A stretch of DNA of 52,402 bases from Candidatus Zambryskiibacteriota bacterium (lineage in GTDB: Bacteria > Patescibacteriota > Minisyncoccia > Phycocordibacterales > Zambryskibacteraceae), in assembly GCA_009691335.1 (NCBI GenBank), contig SICR01000001.1, positions 1-52,402 on the forward strand. The letters run 5' to 3'. Of the stretch, positions 36,920-47,664 are shown in pieces. Each line of letters begins with the position of its first letter. The first letter of the stretch is position 1. The position numbers and the translations under genes were made by a program. The notes below the pieces were generated by a model. The model saw only the letters and a program-made list of their open reading frames with translations. It was not told where the DNA came from and ran no database searches.

Positions 36920-38866
36920 TTATACAAACACAAAGTTAAGATTTTTACGTTCTGTGTCGGCGGCTACTAGTTTGACACGGATTTTGTCGCCGAGAGAATA
37001 TTTCTTGCCGGTCTTTTTGCCTACTATGGCGTAGAGTTTCTCACTCAATTCATAGAAATCATCTTTCATATCACGGAGCTTGACCATGCCTTCGGCTTTG
37101 GTATTTACTTCCTCCACATATACGCCCCACTCAGAAACACCAGAGACTATAGCGTCGAATTCCTGACCCACTCTCTCCGTCATGTATTCAACTTGCTTGT
37201 ATTTGATACTTGCTCGCTCGGCTTCGGCCGCTTCCATTTCTCGTTCGCTAGAATCCTCGGCAAGTCTCTGGTACTTCACTAGCTCATCCTGCTCGATCTT
37301 TCCTTTAGTTAAGAATCGGTAGAGAAGTCTGTGCACCATGAGGTCTGGATAGCGGCGGATGGGGGAAGTGAAGTGAGTGTAATACTCGAAGGCCAAACCG
37401 AAGTGTCCGATATTGGCTGTAGAATACACCGCTTTCGACATAGCTCTGACTGCGGCAGTCTTCACAAGCATTTCTGCTGGAGTGCCAGTGACGGATTTGA
37501 GCATGTGAGCGATATCTTCGGCGGTGGTTTCTCCATCTTTGTTTTTAAGTTCGAAGCCTAGAGCCTTCACAAATGTTGCTAAGTTAATTATCTTTTCTCT
37601 ATCCGGAACATCGTGTATGCGATAGACGAATGCTCCTCGACTTCGTTCGTGGCTAGCGTCATTGGTGGCACCCATAGTAGCTTGCGACATATATGTCGCC
37701 ACTTCTCGATTGGCAAGAAGCATGAAGTCTTCGACAAGCTTGTGGGTATCCTTACGTTCCTTCTTGTAAACTCTGATGGGTTTGCCGTTCTCATCTAATT
37801 CAAACTTTACTTCTTCTGATTCGAAATCTATGGCGCCCTTTTTAAACTTCTCCTCGCGAAGTTTTTTCGCTATTTCATCTAGAGTCTTTAATTCTTTATA
37901 AAACGTTCCAGAACCCTTGTCTAAAATTTCTTGAGCTTCTTCATAAGCAAAACGTTTGTTTGAGTTGATAAGAGTCCTACCAAACCACCTTTCCTTAACC
38001 TTACCTTCTTTATCCATCACAAACACTGCCGAGAAGGCATACTTATCTTCATTGGGATTAAGAGAACAAAGGTCATTTGAGAGTACTTCAGGAAGCATTG
38101 GGATAGTACGATCTACCAAATAGATAGAAGTGCCGCGTTTTCGAGCCTCTTTATCAAGTGTTGTTTTCTCTTGTACGAAGTGCGACACATCGGCGATATG
38201 TATGCCGATTTCGTAGTCGCCATTCTCAAGGGGGCGAATGGATATTGCGTCATCAAAGTCCTTGGCATCTGCCGGGTCAATGGTAAAGGTGGTTGTTTCG
38301 CGGAAATCCTTTCTATCCTTAAGATGGTCTTCTGTATTAAATATATTTTTCCACTCGTCAGCTTCTTTTACCACATCTGAGGGGAAGTCGACTTCAAAGC
38401 CTGATTCATAGACGATGCCAAGCATCTCGGTGTTATGCTCGCCGGCCCGGCCGATGACGCGGATAACCTCGCCCTTTGGACTCTTGGATGCGTCAGTCCA
38501 CTCGGTAATCTTGGCTTGGGCCTTGTCGCCATTCTTACCGTCAAGTGTTTTGTTTGCTGATACGAAAATATCGCGATACATCCGCTTATCATCTGGGATT
38601 AAGAAGAATCCTTCATCAGACTTCTCTAATGTGCCGACGAACTCAGTCTTGTGGCGTTCAATAATCTCAACTACTTTGGCTTGCTTGCGCTCGAATGACT
38701 CTTTCTTTAGATCCTCTATACGAACATTATCTCTATTGAGAGCGGTGTTAATATTTTCCGGTTGAATTTCAAAGTCTTCCTCGCTGTCAGGCATAGGGAA
38801 GTAGCCAACACCTTTACTTGTGACGCGTATAGTTCCTATAAATGGATCTTTGTTTTCTTCCTTCAT
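36920..38866 (-). CDS. rnr: Ribonuclease R / RNase II-family 3'-5' exoribonuclease
   Basis: RNB catalytic domain (DPADAKDFDDAIS, HFGLA...YTHFTSPIRRYPD) and a C-terminal S1 domain. Confidence 0.85.
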   Translation of the reverse strand: MKEENKDPFIGTIRVTSKGVGYFPMPDSEEDFEIQPENINTALNRDNVRIEDLKKESFERKQAKVVEIIERHKTEFVGTLEKSDEGFFLIPDDKRMYRDIFVSANKTLDGKNGDKAQAKITEWTDASKSPKGEVIRVIGRAGEHNTEMLGIVYESGFEVDFPSDVVKEADEWKNIFNTEDHLKDRKDFRETTTFTIDPADAKDFDDAISIRPLENGDYEIGIHIADVSHFVQEKTTLDKEARKRGTSIYLVDRTIPMLPEVLSNDLCSLNPNEDKYAFSAVFVMDKEGKVKERWFGRTLINSNKRFAYEEAQEILDKGSGTFYKELKTLDEIAKKLREEKFKKGAIDFESEEVKFELDENGKPIRVYKKERKDTHKLVEDFMLLANREVATYMSQATMGATNDASHERSRGAFVYRIHDVPDREKIINLATFVKALGFELKNKDGETTAEDIAHMLKSVTGTPAEMLVKTAAVRAMSKAVYSTANIGHFGLAFEYYTHFTSPIRRYPDLMVHRLLYRFLTKGKIEQDELVKYQRLAEDSSEREMEAAEAERASIKYKQVEYMTERVGQEFDAIVSGVSEWGVYVEEVNTKAEGMVKLRDMKDDFYELSEKLYAIVGKKTGKKYSLGDKIRVKLVAADTERKNLNFVFV

Positions 38867-38873
38867 AAATTAC

Positions 38874-38959
38874 TGGTGCCGAGGAGAGGACTCGAACCTC
38901 CAATGGGTTACCCCGCCACGTCCTAAGCGTGGTGCGTATACCAATTTCGCCACCTCGGC
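38874..38959 (-). tRNA. tRNA-Leu (anticodon TAG), CCA encoded
   Basis: Manual cloverleaf: acceptor gccgagg/cctcggc, anticodon loop cttagga, long variable arm, T-loop ttcgagt. Confidence 0.85.
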
Positions 38960-38963
38960 GATG

Positions 38964-39036
38964 TGCGCCCACCTGGGCTCGAACCAGGGACCTTATCCTT
39001 AAGAGGGATCTGCTCTACCAGCTGAGCTATGGGCGC
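38964..39036 (-). tRNA. tRNA-Lys (anticodon CTT)
   Basis: Acceptor gcgccca/tgggcgc, anticodon loop ctcttaa, T-arm cctgg-ttcgagc-ccagg. There is one mismatch at the base of the anticodon stem. Confidence 0.8.
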
Positions 39037-39090
39037 ATCAATACCTATACAAGGATATAGTATTTCAAAAAAGCGATGATTAATCAATTA

Positions 39091-39099
39091 TGATAAAAT
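39091..39099 (+). promoter_or_regulatory. Extended -10 element TGATAAAAT upstream of tRNA-Cys
   Basis: It lies 10 nt upstream of the mature tRNA 5' end. The same 9-mer occurs at 9232. Confidence 0.45.
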
Positions 39100-39109
39100 G
39101 GGTGATCCT

Positions 39110-39185
39110 GGCGTAGTGGCGAAGTGGTAACGCAGCAGTCTGCAAAACTGTTATTGCAGGGGTTCGATTCCCCTCTACGCCTCCA
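39110..39185 (+). tRNA. tRNA-Cys (anticodon GCA), CCA encoded
   Basis: Acceptor ggcgtag/ctacgcc, anticodon loop ctgcaaa, T-arm agggg-ttcgatt-cccct. Confidence 0.85.
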
Positions 39186-39210
39186 TCCCCTAGGAAGGAC
39201 CTAGGGGGAT

Positions 39211-39295
39211 GCCCGGGTGGCGGAATTGGTATACGCGCACGACTTAAAATCGTGTCCCGTAAGGGATGTGGGTTCGATGCCCACCCCGGGCACCA
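39211..39295 (+). tRNA. tRNA-Leu (anticodon TAA), CCA encoded
   Basis: Acceptor gcccggg/cccgggc, anticodon stem-loop cacga-cttaaaa-tcgtg, long variable arm. Confidence 0.85.
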
Positions 39296-39509
39296 TACAT
39301 AGGAACGGATCTGATTCCGGCAGGTTGGACTTGGCTTGTCTTAGATAAAACCAAGGATTTTGCGGGGCCCCGCGCGCTTCGCGCGAGTGGAGGGTGAGGT
39401 TCATAAAATTCAAAGCCAAAGATTTTCTGGAGGGTAGATTTTAAATACAAGGGTTCGGGGAGGTCGTGCTTTCTAGTATGTGCTTGCCCCACCCACCCGT
39501 GCGCGCACA

Positions 39510-39552
39510 AATCCCCGCCGTTTTTAGGAGATATTATAAAACGGCGGGGATT
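39510..39552. terminator. 15-bp inverted repeat (GC core ccccgccg/cggcgggg), terminator-like
   Basis: aatccccgccgtttt pairs with aaaacggcggggatt across a 13-nt loop. Confidence 0.45.
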
Positions 39553-39614
39553 GCTCCCTTATACCCTGAAAAGTCCTTATAATAAGCCCTAATTTTAGAG
39601 AACACTCATTTTGC

Positions 39615-39643
39615 TTGACAGAACTATATAGATATGCTATACT
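39615..39643 (+). promoter_or_regulatory. Near-consensus sigma-70 promoter TTGACA-17-TATACT
   Basis: TTGACA at 39615-39620 and TATACT at 39638-39643 with a 17-nt spacer, about 100 nt upstream of the first cassette ORF. Confidence 0.6.
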
Positions 39644-39650
39644 TATAACA

Positions 39651-39746
39651 GAATTCCTATTCGTATGGATAGGTCGTTCCGAAAGGAATAAGGGCGTTCG
39701 GTTCCTGCGCCAATCAGGAAGCCCGTTCATTACAAGGAGAAGTCGT
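39651..39746 (+). promoter_or_regulatory. Structured 5' leader, copy A (three hairpins plus an SD/AUG hairpin)
   Basis: P1 cctat/atagg, P2 ccgaa/ttcgg, P3 ttcctg/caggaa, and gaagtc-gtat-gacttc spanning the SD end and the AUG. Homologous to 40014-40109. Confidence 0.5.
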
Positions 39747-39929
39747 ATGACTTCCAATGACAATGTGATGCTTCGCACGGCTCAAGATGTCGAGGACCAA
39801 GCACAAAATCTCTCACGTGAGGCCATTCGCCTCCGAGAGATGGCGGACGGTATGATCTCACAAGCCACTCGCCTCCGGCAATATGCTGAGGATTTGCGCA
39901 GGCAACACTCACGTCTACGTCGTGATTAA
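39747..39929 (+). CDS. Hypothetical 60-aa charged helical protein (high-GC cassette gene A)
   Basis: AAGGAG lies 7 nt upstream of the ATG. The frame is GC3-rich and a hairpin follows the stop. I recognise no family. Confidence 0.55.
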   Translation: MTSNDNVMLRTAQDVEDQAQNLSREAIRLREMADGMISQATRLRQYAEDLRRQHSRLRRD

Positions 39930-39937
39930 CAAGTTCT

Positions 39938-39962
39938 AAGGGCGAGTTGTCTACTCGCCCTT
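39938..39962 (+). terminator. 10-bp hairpin downstream of gene A
   Basis: aagggcgagt-tgtct-actcgccctt. The U-tract is weak, so it may be a partial terminator. Confidence 0.5.
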
Positions 39963-40013
39963 CCCTCAAAGGTTTTCTCTAGTAGGAAACTTTCGAGGGA
40001 ACAACGAGTTCCC

Positions 40014-40109
40014 GCAATTCCTTCTCGTATGGGAAGGTGGCTCGCAAGGGCAACGAGGTTCTGTTTCCTACCTCGCCCAAGGGAAATGTTCATTACAAGG
40101 AGAAGTCGT
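40014..40109 (+). promoter_or_regulatory. Structured 5' leader, copy B
   Basis: P1 ccttc/gaagg, P2 ctcg/cgag, P3 tttcct/gggaaa, and the same SD/AUG hairpin as copy A. Confidence 0.5.
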
Positions 40110-40562
40110 ATGACTTCCAATGACAATCTGTCGTTCAATGCAATCGGTGGTCCGAGCAAGTTCGATCTGATGCTCTCGCTCTTCGATGGGAACAAAGAAC
40201 CCCGTCGGACGGTCGAGTTCCAGCTCGAGGGTGCGCGTCGTCCGATCACCGTCGGCATCACGATGGTCCAGCAAGAAGATGGTTCTGGCGAAAGCTGGAA
40301 CTTCCGGGGCTGGGTCAGTGGCGATGATCCCACGGACTCCATGTTCGCCCTCAACCTCCATGTCGACGGGTACTTCTCGACGAGGGGTCGAAAGGGATAC
40401 ATCACGTTCGAAGTACCGTTCCACTACGAGATGAGAGCGGGTGAGCGCCACAAGGTGATCTTGCCTGCCAACCAACTCGCAACCGAGCAGTACGTCGAAC
40501 GTCTGCGTGGAAATCTGGGTAGCGACTTGATGGACCTTATCAAGGACGCTCGAAAGATGTAG
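40110..40562 (+). CDS. Hypothetical 150-aa protein (high-GC cassette gene B)
   Basis: Same SD and same first six codons (MTSNDN) as gene A. Strong GC3 bias, followed by a canonical terminator. I recognise no family. Confidence 0.6.
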   Translation: MTSNDNLSFNAIGGPSKFDLMLSLFDGNKEPRRTVEFQLEGARRPITVGITMVQQEDGSGESWNFRGWVSGDDPTDSMFALNLHVDGYFSTRGRKGYITFEVPFHYEMRAGERHKVILPANQLATEQYVERLRGNLGSDLMDLIKDARKM

Positions 40563-40608
40563 TTCTTGAAGAGTTGAAGTAGAGTTCCCAGTCTCATGAT
40601 ACTGGAGC

Positions 40609-40643
40609 GGCGCATTTCCTTCGGGAGTGCGCCTTTTCGTTTT
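40609..40643 (+). terminator. Rho-independent terminator of the cassette
   Basis: ggcgca...tgcgcc stem with a ttcg-containing loop, followed by ttttcgtttt. Confidence 0.75.
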
Positions 40644-40868
40644 AAAATTTCCTCGCCCCATCGCTCATACCTCTCAAAAAAGTCTAACCCCCGCCAACTC
40701 TAAAAAGAATGAAAGCGATGGGGCTTCGGCTAAAGCGGGCACATTAGTGGAGCGTAGGTGGAGGTCTAAAGCTAGCAGGCGCGCGGAGCGTGCACCTTAA
40801 CCCTTCGGGCAAGAATCAGGAATTTCTGATAAAGTAAGTTCGAACGAGGTCGTACAGACCCACAGTTT

Positions 40869-40939
40869 GCGGCCATAGTTCAGTGGCAGAATGAGTGCTT
40901 CCCAAGCATTAGACGGGGTTTCGATTACCCCTGGCCGCA
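40869..40939 (+). tRNA. tRNA-Gly (anticodon CCC)
   Basis: Acceptor gcggcca/tggccgc, anticodon loop ttcccaa, T-arm ggggt-ttcgatt-acccc. It is close to the E. coli glyU sequence as I remember it. Confidence 0.85.
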
Positions 40940-40958
40940 CTTGATGTATAATAAATAT

Positions 40959-41228
40959 ATGGCTAATATTCAGTTCGAGCAGGAGAAGTATGGATCGGAT
41001 TTCCTTCATCAGGATGCTGCTAGTCCATGGTTCATCCGTATTATTTTCAATATGGGTATTACCAACAGTGATGTTGTGGCCAACATTATCTCCATAACTA
41101 TTGCTATTGCTCTGATTGTTTTCTCTACGATGTTTTATTTAAGGAATCGTCCGCAGACTGAAATGCCACAGCATTTCAAAGACTTACCAACTTATCAACA
41201 AAGTATCTACACCACATTTTATGAATGA
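40959..41228 (+). CDS. Hypothetical small membrane protein
   Basis: One TM helix (VVANIISITIAIALIVFSTMF). The ATG at 40959 is preferred over the TTG at 40941. Confidence 0.4.
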   Translation: MANIQFEQEKYGSDFLHQDAASPWFIRIIFNMGITNSDVVANIISITIAIALIVFSTMFYLRNRPQTEMPQHFKDLPTYQQSIYTTFYE

Positions 41229-41712
41229 AATAATGAAAAATTCCCGCGGCTTCACTCTTATAGAACTTCTAATGTCGATAGCTATCATCGCTATCTTGGC
41301 AAGCTTTACTATGACTTGGATAGATACCGCTCGGGCCAAGAGCCGTGATACCTTAGCTATAAGCGAGTTCCACCAAGTCCAGACTGCTTTGCTGCTTTAC
41401 TATGATAAATATGGACGATACCCGAACGAAACTCCGGTAATGTCGAATCCTTATGTTGATAACTTCAACAATATGGCAGCGCAGTTAGTAACTGAAGGGT
41501 TCTTGGGATCTGTGCCAGTTGCTCCAGCTAATCATCTATATCATTACTACAATTATGGTGGTACGACTATCGGAGGTCTTCTTGTGACCAGTCTGGAAAC
41601 TTATCCGGATAGTACTGGATACTCTGGCAGCTGTCGCCCTTGGCCCGCTGGTGCCGCCAACTGGTGCACTACCAATCCAACCAAGGATTATTGCCTTTGT
41701 AATCCATATTAA
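41221..41712 (+). CDS. Type IV pilin-like protein (prepilin N-terminal cleavage/methylation motif)
   Basis: KNSRGFTLIELLMSIAIIAILAS class III signal. The C-terminal region is Cys-rich. The real start may be the ATG at 41233. Confidence 0.75.
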   Translation: MNEIMKNSRGFTLIELLMSIAIIAILASFTMTWIDTARAKSRDTLAISEFHQVQTALLLYYDKYGRYPNETPVMSNPYVDNFNNMAAQLVTEGFLGSVPVAPANHLYHYYNYGGTTIGGLLVTSLETYPDSTGYSGSCRPWPAGAANWCTTNPTKDYCLCNPY

Positions 41713-42032
41713 TTTTCTGTCAGCTGGTCTAGTCGCTGGCGATTTCTCTCTCCATAATCTATTTTGAAATCAAGGTGGGGGACGATGCCAATGCGCGATT
41801 CATCCCTTACATATCTTTTGAATTCCGGGGTCTTTCTTTCCAGAAATTTGAGAGCGGTTTCCTCCTCTTTCTCCGGTAGGGTAGTGAAGAATACCTTAGC
41901 TTCTTTCCCTGTTGGCGATATCTCGACGCGAGTGATGGTAATGAGAGAGCTATTTGAAGATTCGGCTAGTATAAATTCTGCCGCTAGTCTGTGTATTATT
42001 TCCGTTATTCTTTCTCGCTTTAATTCTCTCAT
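41709..42032 (-). CDS. rbfA: Ribosome-binding factor A
   Basis: 107 aa, ITITRVEISPTGKEAKVFF motif, directly downstream of infB. Confidence 0.85.
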   Translation of the reverse strand: MRELKRERITEIIHRLAAEFILAESSNSSLITITRVEISPTGKEAKVFFTTLPEKEEETALKFLERKTPEFKRYVRDESRIGIVPHLDFKIDYGERNRQRLDQLTEN

Positions 42033-42102
42033 CCTGTACGAAATAAAAGTAATTTATAAATCATTGTAAGTATATAACATAAGTTTCGTACGGGGCTCTC
42101 AT

Positions 42103-43608
42103 TTATTTAGTCACCATAACCACAGCCTCCAGTACATCTCCAGGAGCAATTTCGAATTTCGATTCTATCATGGCACCAAACTCCGATCCTTCTAGGGCTT
42201 CTCCCGTGGCCACTTTGGCTTGTTGGATCTCCTTGACCTTACCCTTACCTATCTCTGTTTCTCGCCGGATAATCTTTATGTTCGTTCCAAGAGATATCTT
42301 GCCAGAGATCACACGTGCACCGAGAACCTGCTTGCCTTTGGACGTGCTAAAGAGTTTCAAAACTTTTGCTGTACCTAGTGTTTCCTCAACTTCGATTCTA
42401 GGTTCGCGTTCTTCCAGAAGTTTGGAGACCTTCTCGGTAAGTTCATAAATAATATTAAAGATAGAGATGCTAATGTTAGAGCGCTCCGCCAATGCTGCTG
42501 CTCCAGAATCTACTTTGGTATTAAATCCCAATATAACTGCTCCAGTTCCAGACAAGGCGCCCTTAACATCACTTTCGTTTATGGAACCGACGCTTGCGAG
42601 GATAACCTTGGGCACCATTCTCTCGCGAGAGAGTTTGGCTATCTCATTTTCAATAGCTTCAAGAGAGCCTGCGGTATCAGCCTTTAGTATAAGTGGAAGT
42701 GCTATGGCATTTCTCACCATAGCTCCCGCTTTGGTGCTTCTTGTATCCTTAACTTCAGACCGAAGATATGCTAGAGCGTCATCTTTTTTCAAAAATGTTT
42801 TGAATTCAGAACCGATTTTCGGCAATTTATCCCAGCCGATTATCTGAACTGGGGAAGAGGTTGAGAGTTCTTCGACAGTATTACCTTCGGCATCCAGAAG
42901 AAATCGTATTGGTGTCATAGCTCCGCCAGCTGCGGCAAAGGTACCCTTGCTTATCGTGCCATTCTTGATAATGCCTACAGCGGTTATGCCTCTTTTTGGA
43001 TCTAACCTGCTTTCTATAATGACTCCTGTGCCAAGAGTCTCTACCTCTGCCGTAAGTTCAAGAAGCTCTGCAGTTAGGCTCACCATATCAAGAAGTTCTG
43101 GTACACCTTGACCAGTTTTAGAGGAGAGAGGAATGGCTGAGACATTTCCACCATAACCTTCTACATATATACCATTCTCGGCCAAGCTCTGCTTTATACG
43201 AGGAAGGTCTGCTGTGGGCTTGTCCATTTTAGTAATAGCTACCAGGTAGGGAAGTTTGCTCTCCTGTATATATTTGAAAACCTCCAATGTCTGAGGCTTG
43301 ACCCCGTCTTCACCAGAGACCACTAACACCGCGATGTCGGCGACATTGGCGCCTCGTGTGCGAATAGAGCTGAAGGCTTCATGTCCCGGAGTATCAAGGA
43401 AAGTGATCTTGCTTTCTCTGCCATCATCTCTCTTGTGCATGACTTCGTAAGCGCTGATATGTTGAGTAATTCCTCCCGCCTCAGTTGCGGTGACATTGCT
43501 CTTCCTAATGTAGTCGATGAGAGTGGATTTGCCGTGATCGATATGGCCGAAGATGCCCACTACTGGAGGTCTGGGAGTTGTATTGTTTTGTAGAGTTTCT
43601 TTAGTCAT
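42103..43608 (-). CDS. infB: Translation initiation factor IF-2 (short form)
   Basis: [11 protein letters not shown]1 box, DTPGHEAF, and C-terminal domains; 501 aa. Confidence 0.9.
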   Translation of the reverse strand: MTKETLQNNTTPRPPVVGIFGHIDHGKSTLIDYIRKSNVTATEAGGITQHISAYEVMHKRDDGRESKITFLDTPGHEAFSSIRTRGANVADIAVLVVSGEDGVKPQTLEVFKYIQESKLPYLVAITKMDKPTADLPRIKQSLAENGIYVEGYGGNVSAIPLSSKTGQGVPELLDMVSLTAELLELTAEVETLGTGVIIESRLDPKRGITAVGIIKNGTISKGTFAAAGGAMTPIRFLLDAEGNTVEELSTSSPVQIIGWDKLPKIGSEFKTFLKKDDALAYLRSEVKDTRSTKAGAMVRNAIALPLILKADTAGSLEAIENEIAKLSRERMVPKVILASVGSINESDVKGALSGTGAVILGFNTKVDSGAAALAERSNISISIFNIIYELTEKVSKLLEEREPRIEVEETLGTAKVLKLFSTSKGKQVLGARVISGKISLGTNIKIIRRETEIGKGKVKEIQQAKVATGEALEGSEFGAMIESKFEIAPGDVLEAVVMVTK

Positions 43609-43685
43609 TTGTTGAGTATAAGGTAGAGAAACCTAGATTATCACAAATGTGTTGCAAAAACACTTCGCGCGTATAGAATGGCGGC

Positions 43686-44891
43686 ATGGATTGGTTTAAC
43701 AATTTATTTCAGAAAAAGTCTAGGAGAATTTTCTTGGACTATGCTTCTGCCACCCCAGTATTACGGGAGGTTAAGCGCGCTATGGAAATATTTGAATCCA
43801 AAGCTTTCTATAATCCATCAGCTATTTACGAAGAAGGAGTATGGGTCAAGAAAAAGGTTGAGGACTTTAGAGCCATGGTTGCTGTCTTGGTCGGTGCGGG
43901 GGCAAAAGAAATTATTTTTACCGGCTCAGGTACCGAGTCGGTCAATCTGGCAATTCTCGGAGTCTTTGAAGCTTTTCGACAAGTTCAAGGTGAAAGGTCG
44001 AAAGATAAACCACATATAATCATTTCCGCTATTGAGCATCCAGCGGTGGTCAAGGCTACCGAAGAAGCAGTGCGCCGTGGCGCCGAGGTGTCAACCTGTC
44101 GGGTTGACGAGTTCGGTGTGATTTCTTTAGAACATCTTAAGAAATTAATTAAGAAAAATACAATCCTTGTTTCTATAGGTCTGTCCAACTCAGAGATTGG
44201 GACAGTCCAACCTATCTCTAAGGTGGGGCGACTCTTGAGGGAAGAGCGCAAAAAGAGGAATTCCGAATACCCCCTCCTTCATACAGATGCATCTTCCGCA
44301 CCCAGTTATATAAATGTGAATATAGAAGCTTTGCAGTGTGACTTGCTTACATTGGACGGCAGTAAGATTTATGGACCAAAGGGGGTAGGAATCCTCGCTA
44401 CCAGGCGCGGGGTGAATCTTCGCCCCATTATTTTTGGCGGTAATCAGGAGAGGGGAATGAGGGCGGGTACTGTTTCCCCGGCTCTTATTGCTGGTTTTTC
44501 TAAGGCTTTGGAAATTGCTTTGCGAGACAGAGAGCAAGAGCGCACGCGTCTTGAATCCTTGAGACAAGACTTCATTGCTCAAGTGGTGAAGGCGCTTCCA
44601 GAGGCTATCATCAATGGTTCAAACGAAGTTCATTGTCCCAATATCGTCAGTATGTCTATACCCGGCGCTCTCTCTGAATTTCTACTTTTGAAATTGGACA
44701 AGTTGGGTGTGATAGTTTCAGTCGGTAGTGCTTGCTCTTACGATGAACGGGAAAGTGGTTCTCCGGTCATTGCCGCGTTGGGTAAAAAAGAATTAAGAGA
44801 ATCCACTCTTCGTTTTTCTTTCGGAAGATTTACTACTAAAAAAGATTTAGACGAAGCTATAAAAGTTTTTGTCCCAATTCTCAATTTGTGA
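43686..44891 (+). CDS. Cysteine desulfurase (NifS/IscS family)
   Basis: PLP-lysine context GSKIYGPKGVG and active-site loop GSACSY. Confidence 0.85.
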   Translation: MDWFNNLFQKKSRRIFLDYASATPVLREVKRAMEIFESKAFYNPSAIYEEGVWVKKKVEDFRAMVAVLVGAGAKEIIFTGSGTESVNLAILGVFEAFRQVQGERSKDKPHIIISAIEHPAVVKATEEAVRRGAEVSTCRVDEFGVISLEHLKKLIKKNTILVSIGLSNSEIGTVQPISKVGRLLREERKKRNSEYPLLHTDASSAPSYINVNIEALQCDLLTLDGSKIYGPKGVGILATRRGVNLRPIIFGGNQERGMRAGTVSPALIAGFSKALEIALRDREQERTRLESLRQDFIAQVVKALPEAIINGSNEVHCPNIVSMSIPGALSEFLLLKLDKLGVIVSVGSACSYDERESGSPVIAALGKKELRESTLRFSFGRFTTKKDLDEAIKVFVPILNL

Positions 44892-44924
44892 TAAAATATG
44901 TTGCCGAAAGCAGAAAACTAAAGC

Positions 44925-47603
<2,679 letters not shown>

Positions 47604-47639
47604 TTTAATTGCGCTCACTACAGGTAAATATAAAAAGGT

Positions 47640-47664
47640 AAGGGGGTCGAATTTCGCCCCCCTT
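47640..47664. terminator. GC-rich hairpin downstream of clpB
   Basis: aaggggg-tcgaatttcg-ccccctt. The better U-tract is on the minus strand. Confidence 0.6.

Noticed and set aside
39201-39510. Track ORFs 39201-39419 and 39244-39510 (minus), and 38820-39002 (plus).
   Set aside because: They overlap the tRNA-Leu, tRNA-Lys and tRNA-Cys genes and have no start-site features, so they are spurious.
39747-40562. Genes A and B as a type II toxin-antitoxin pair.
   Set aside because: The genes are separated by ~180 nt containing a terminator-like hairpin and a full second leader. TA operons are normally tightly coupled. Neither protein shows a toxin or antitoxin motif that I recognise.
40068-40661. 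A 197-aa minus-strand ORF covering gene B, plus other overlapping ORFs (39926-40405, 40186-40434, 40424-40615).
   Set aside because: Long antisense or shifted ORFs are expected in high-GC DNA. The plus-strand frame has the G/C third-position bias, an AAGGAG at ideal spacing, an upstream promoter and a downstream terminator. The minus-strand ORF has none of these.
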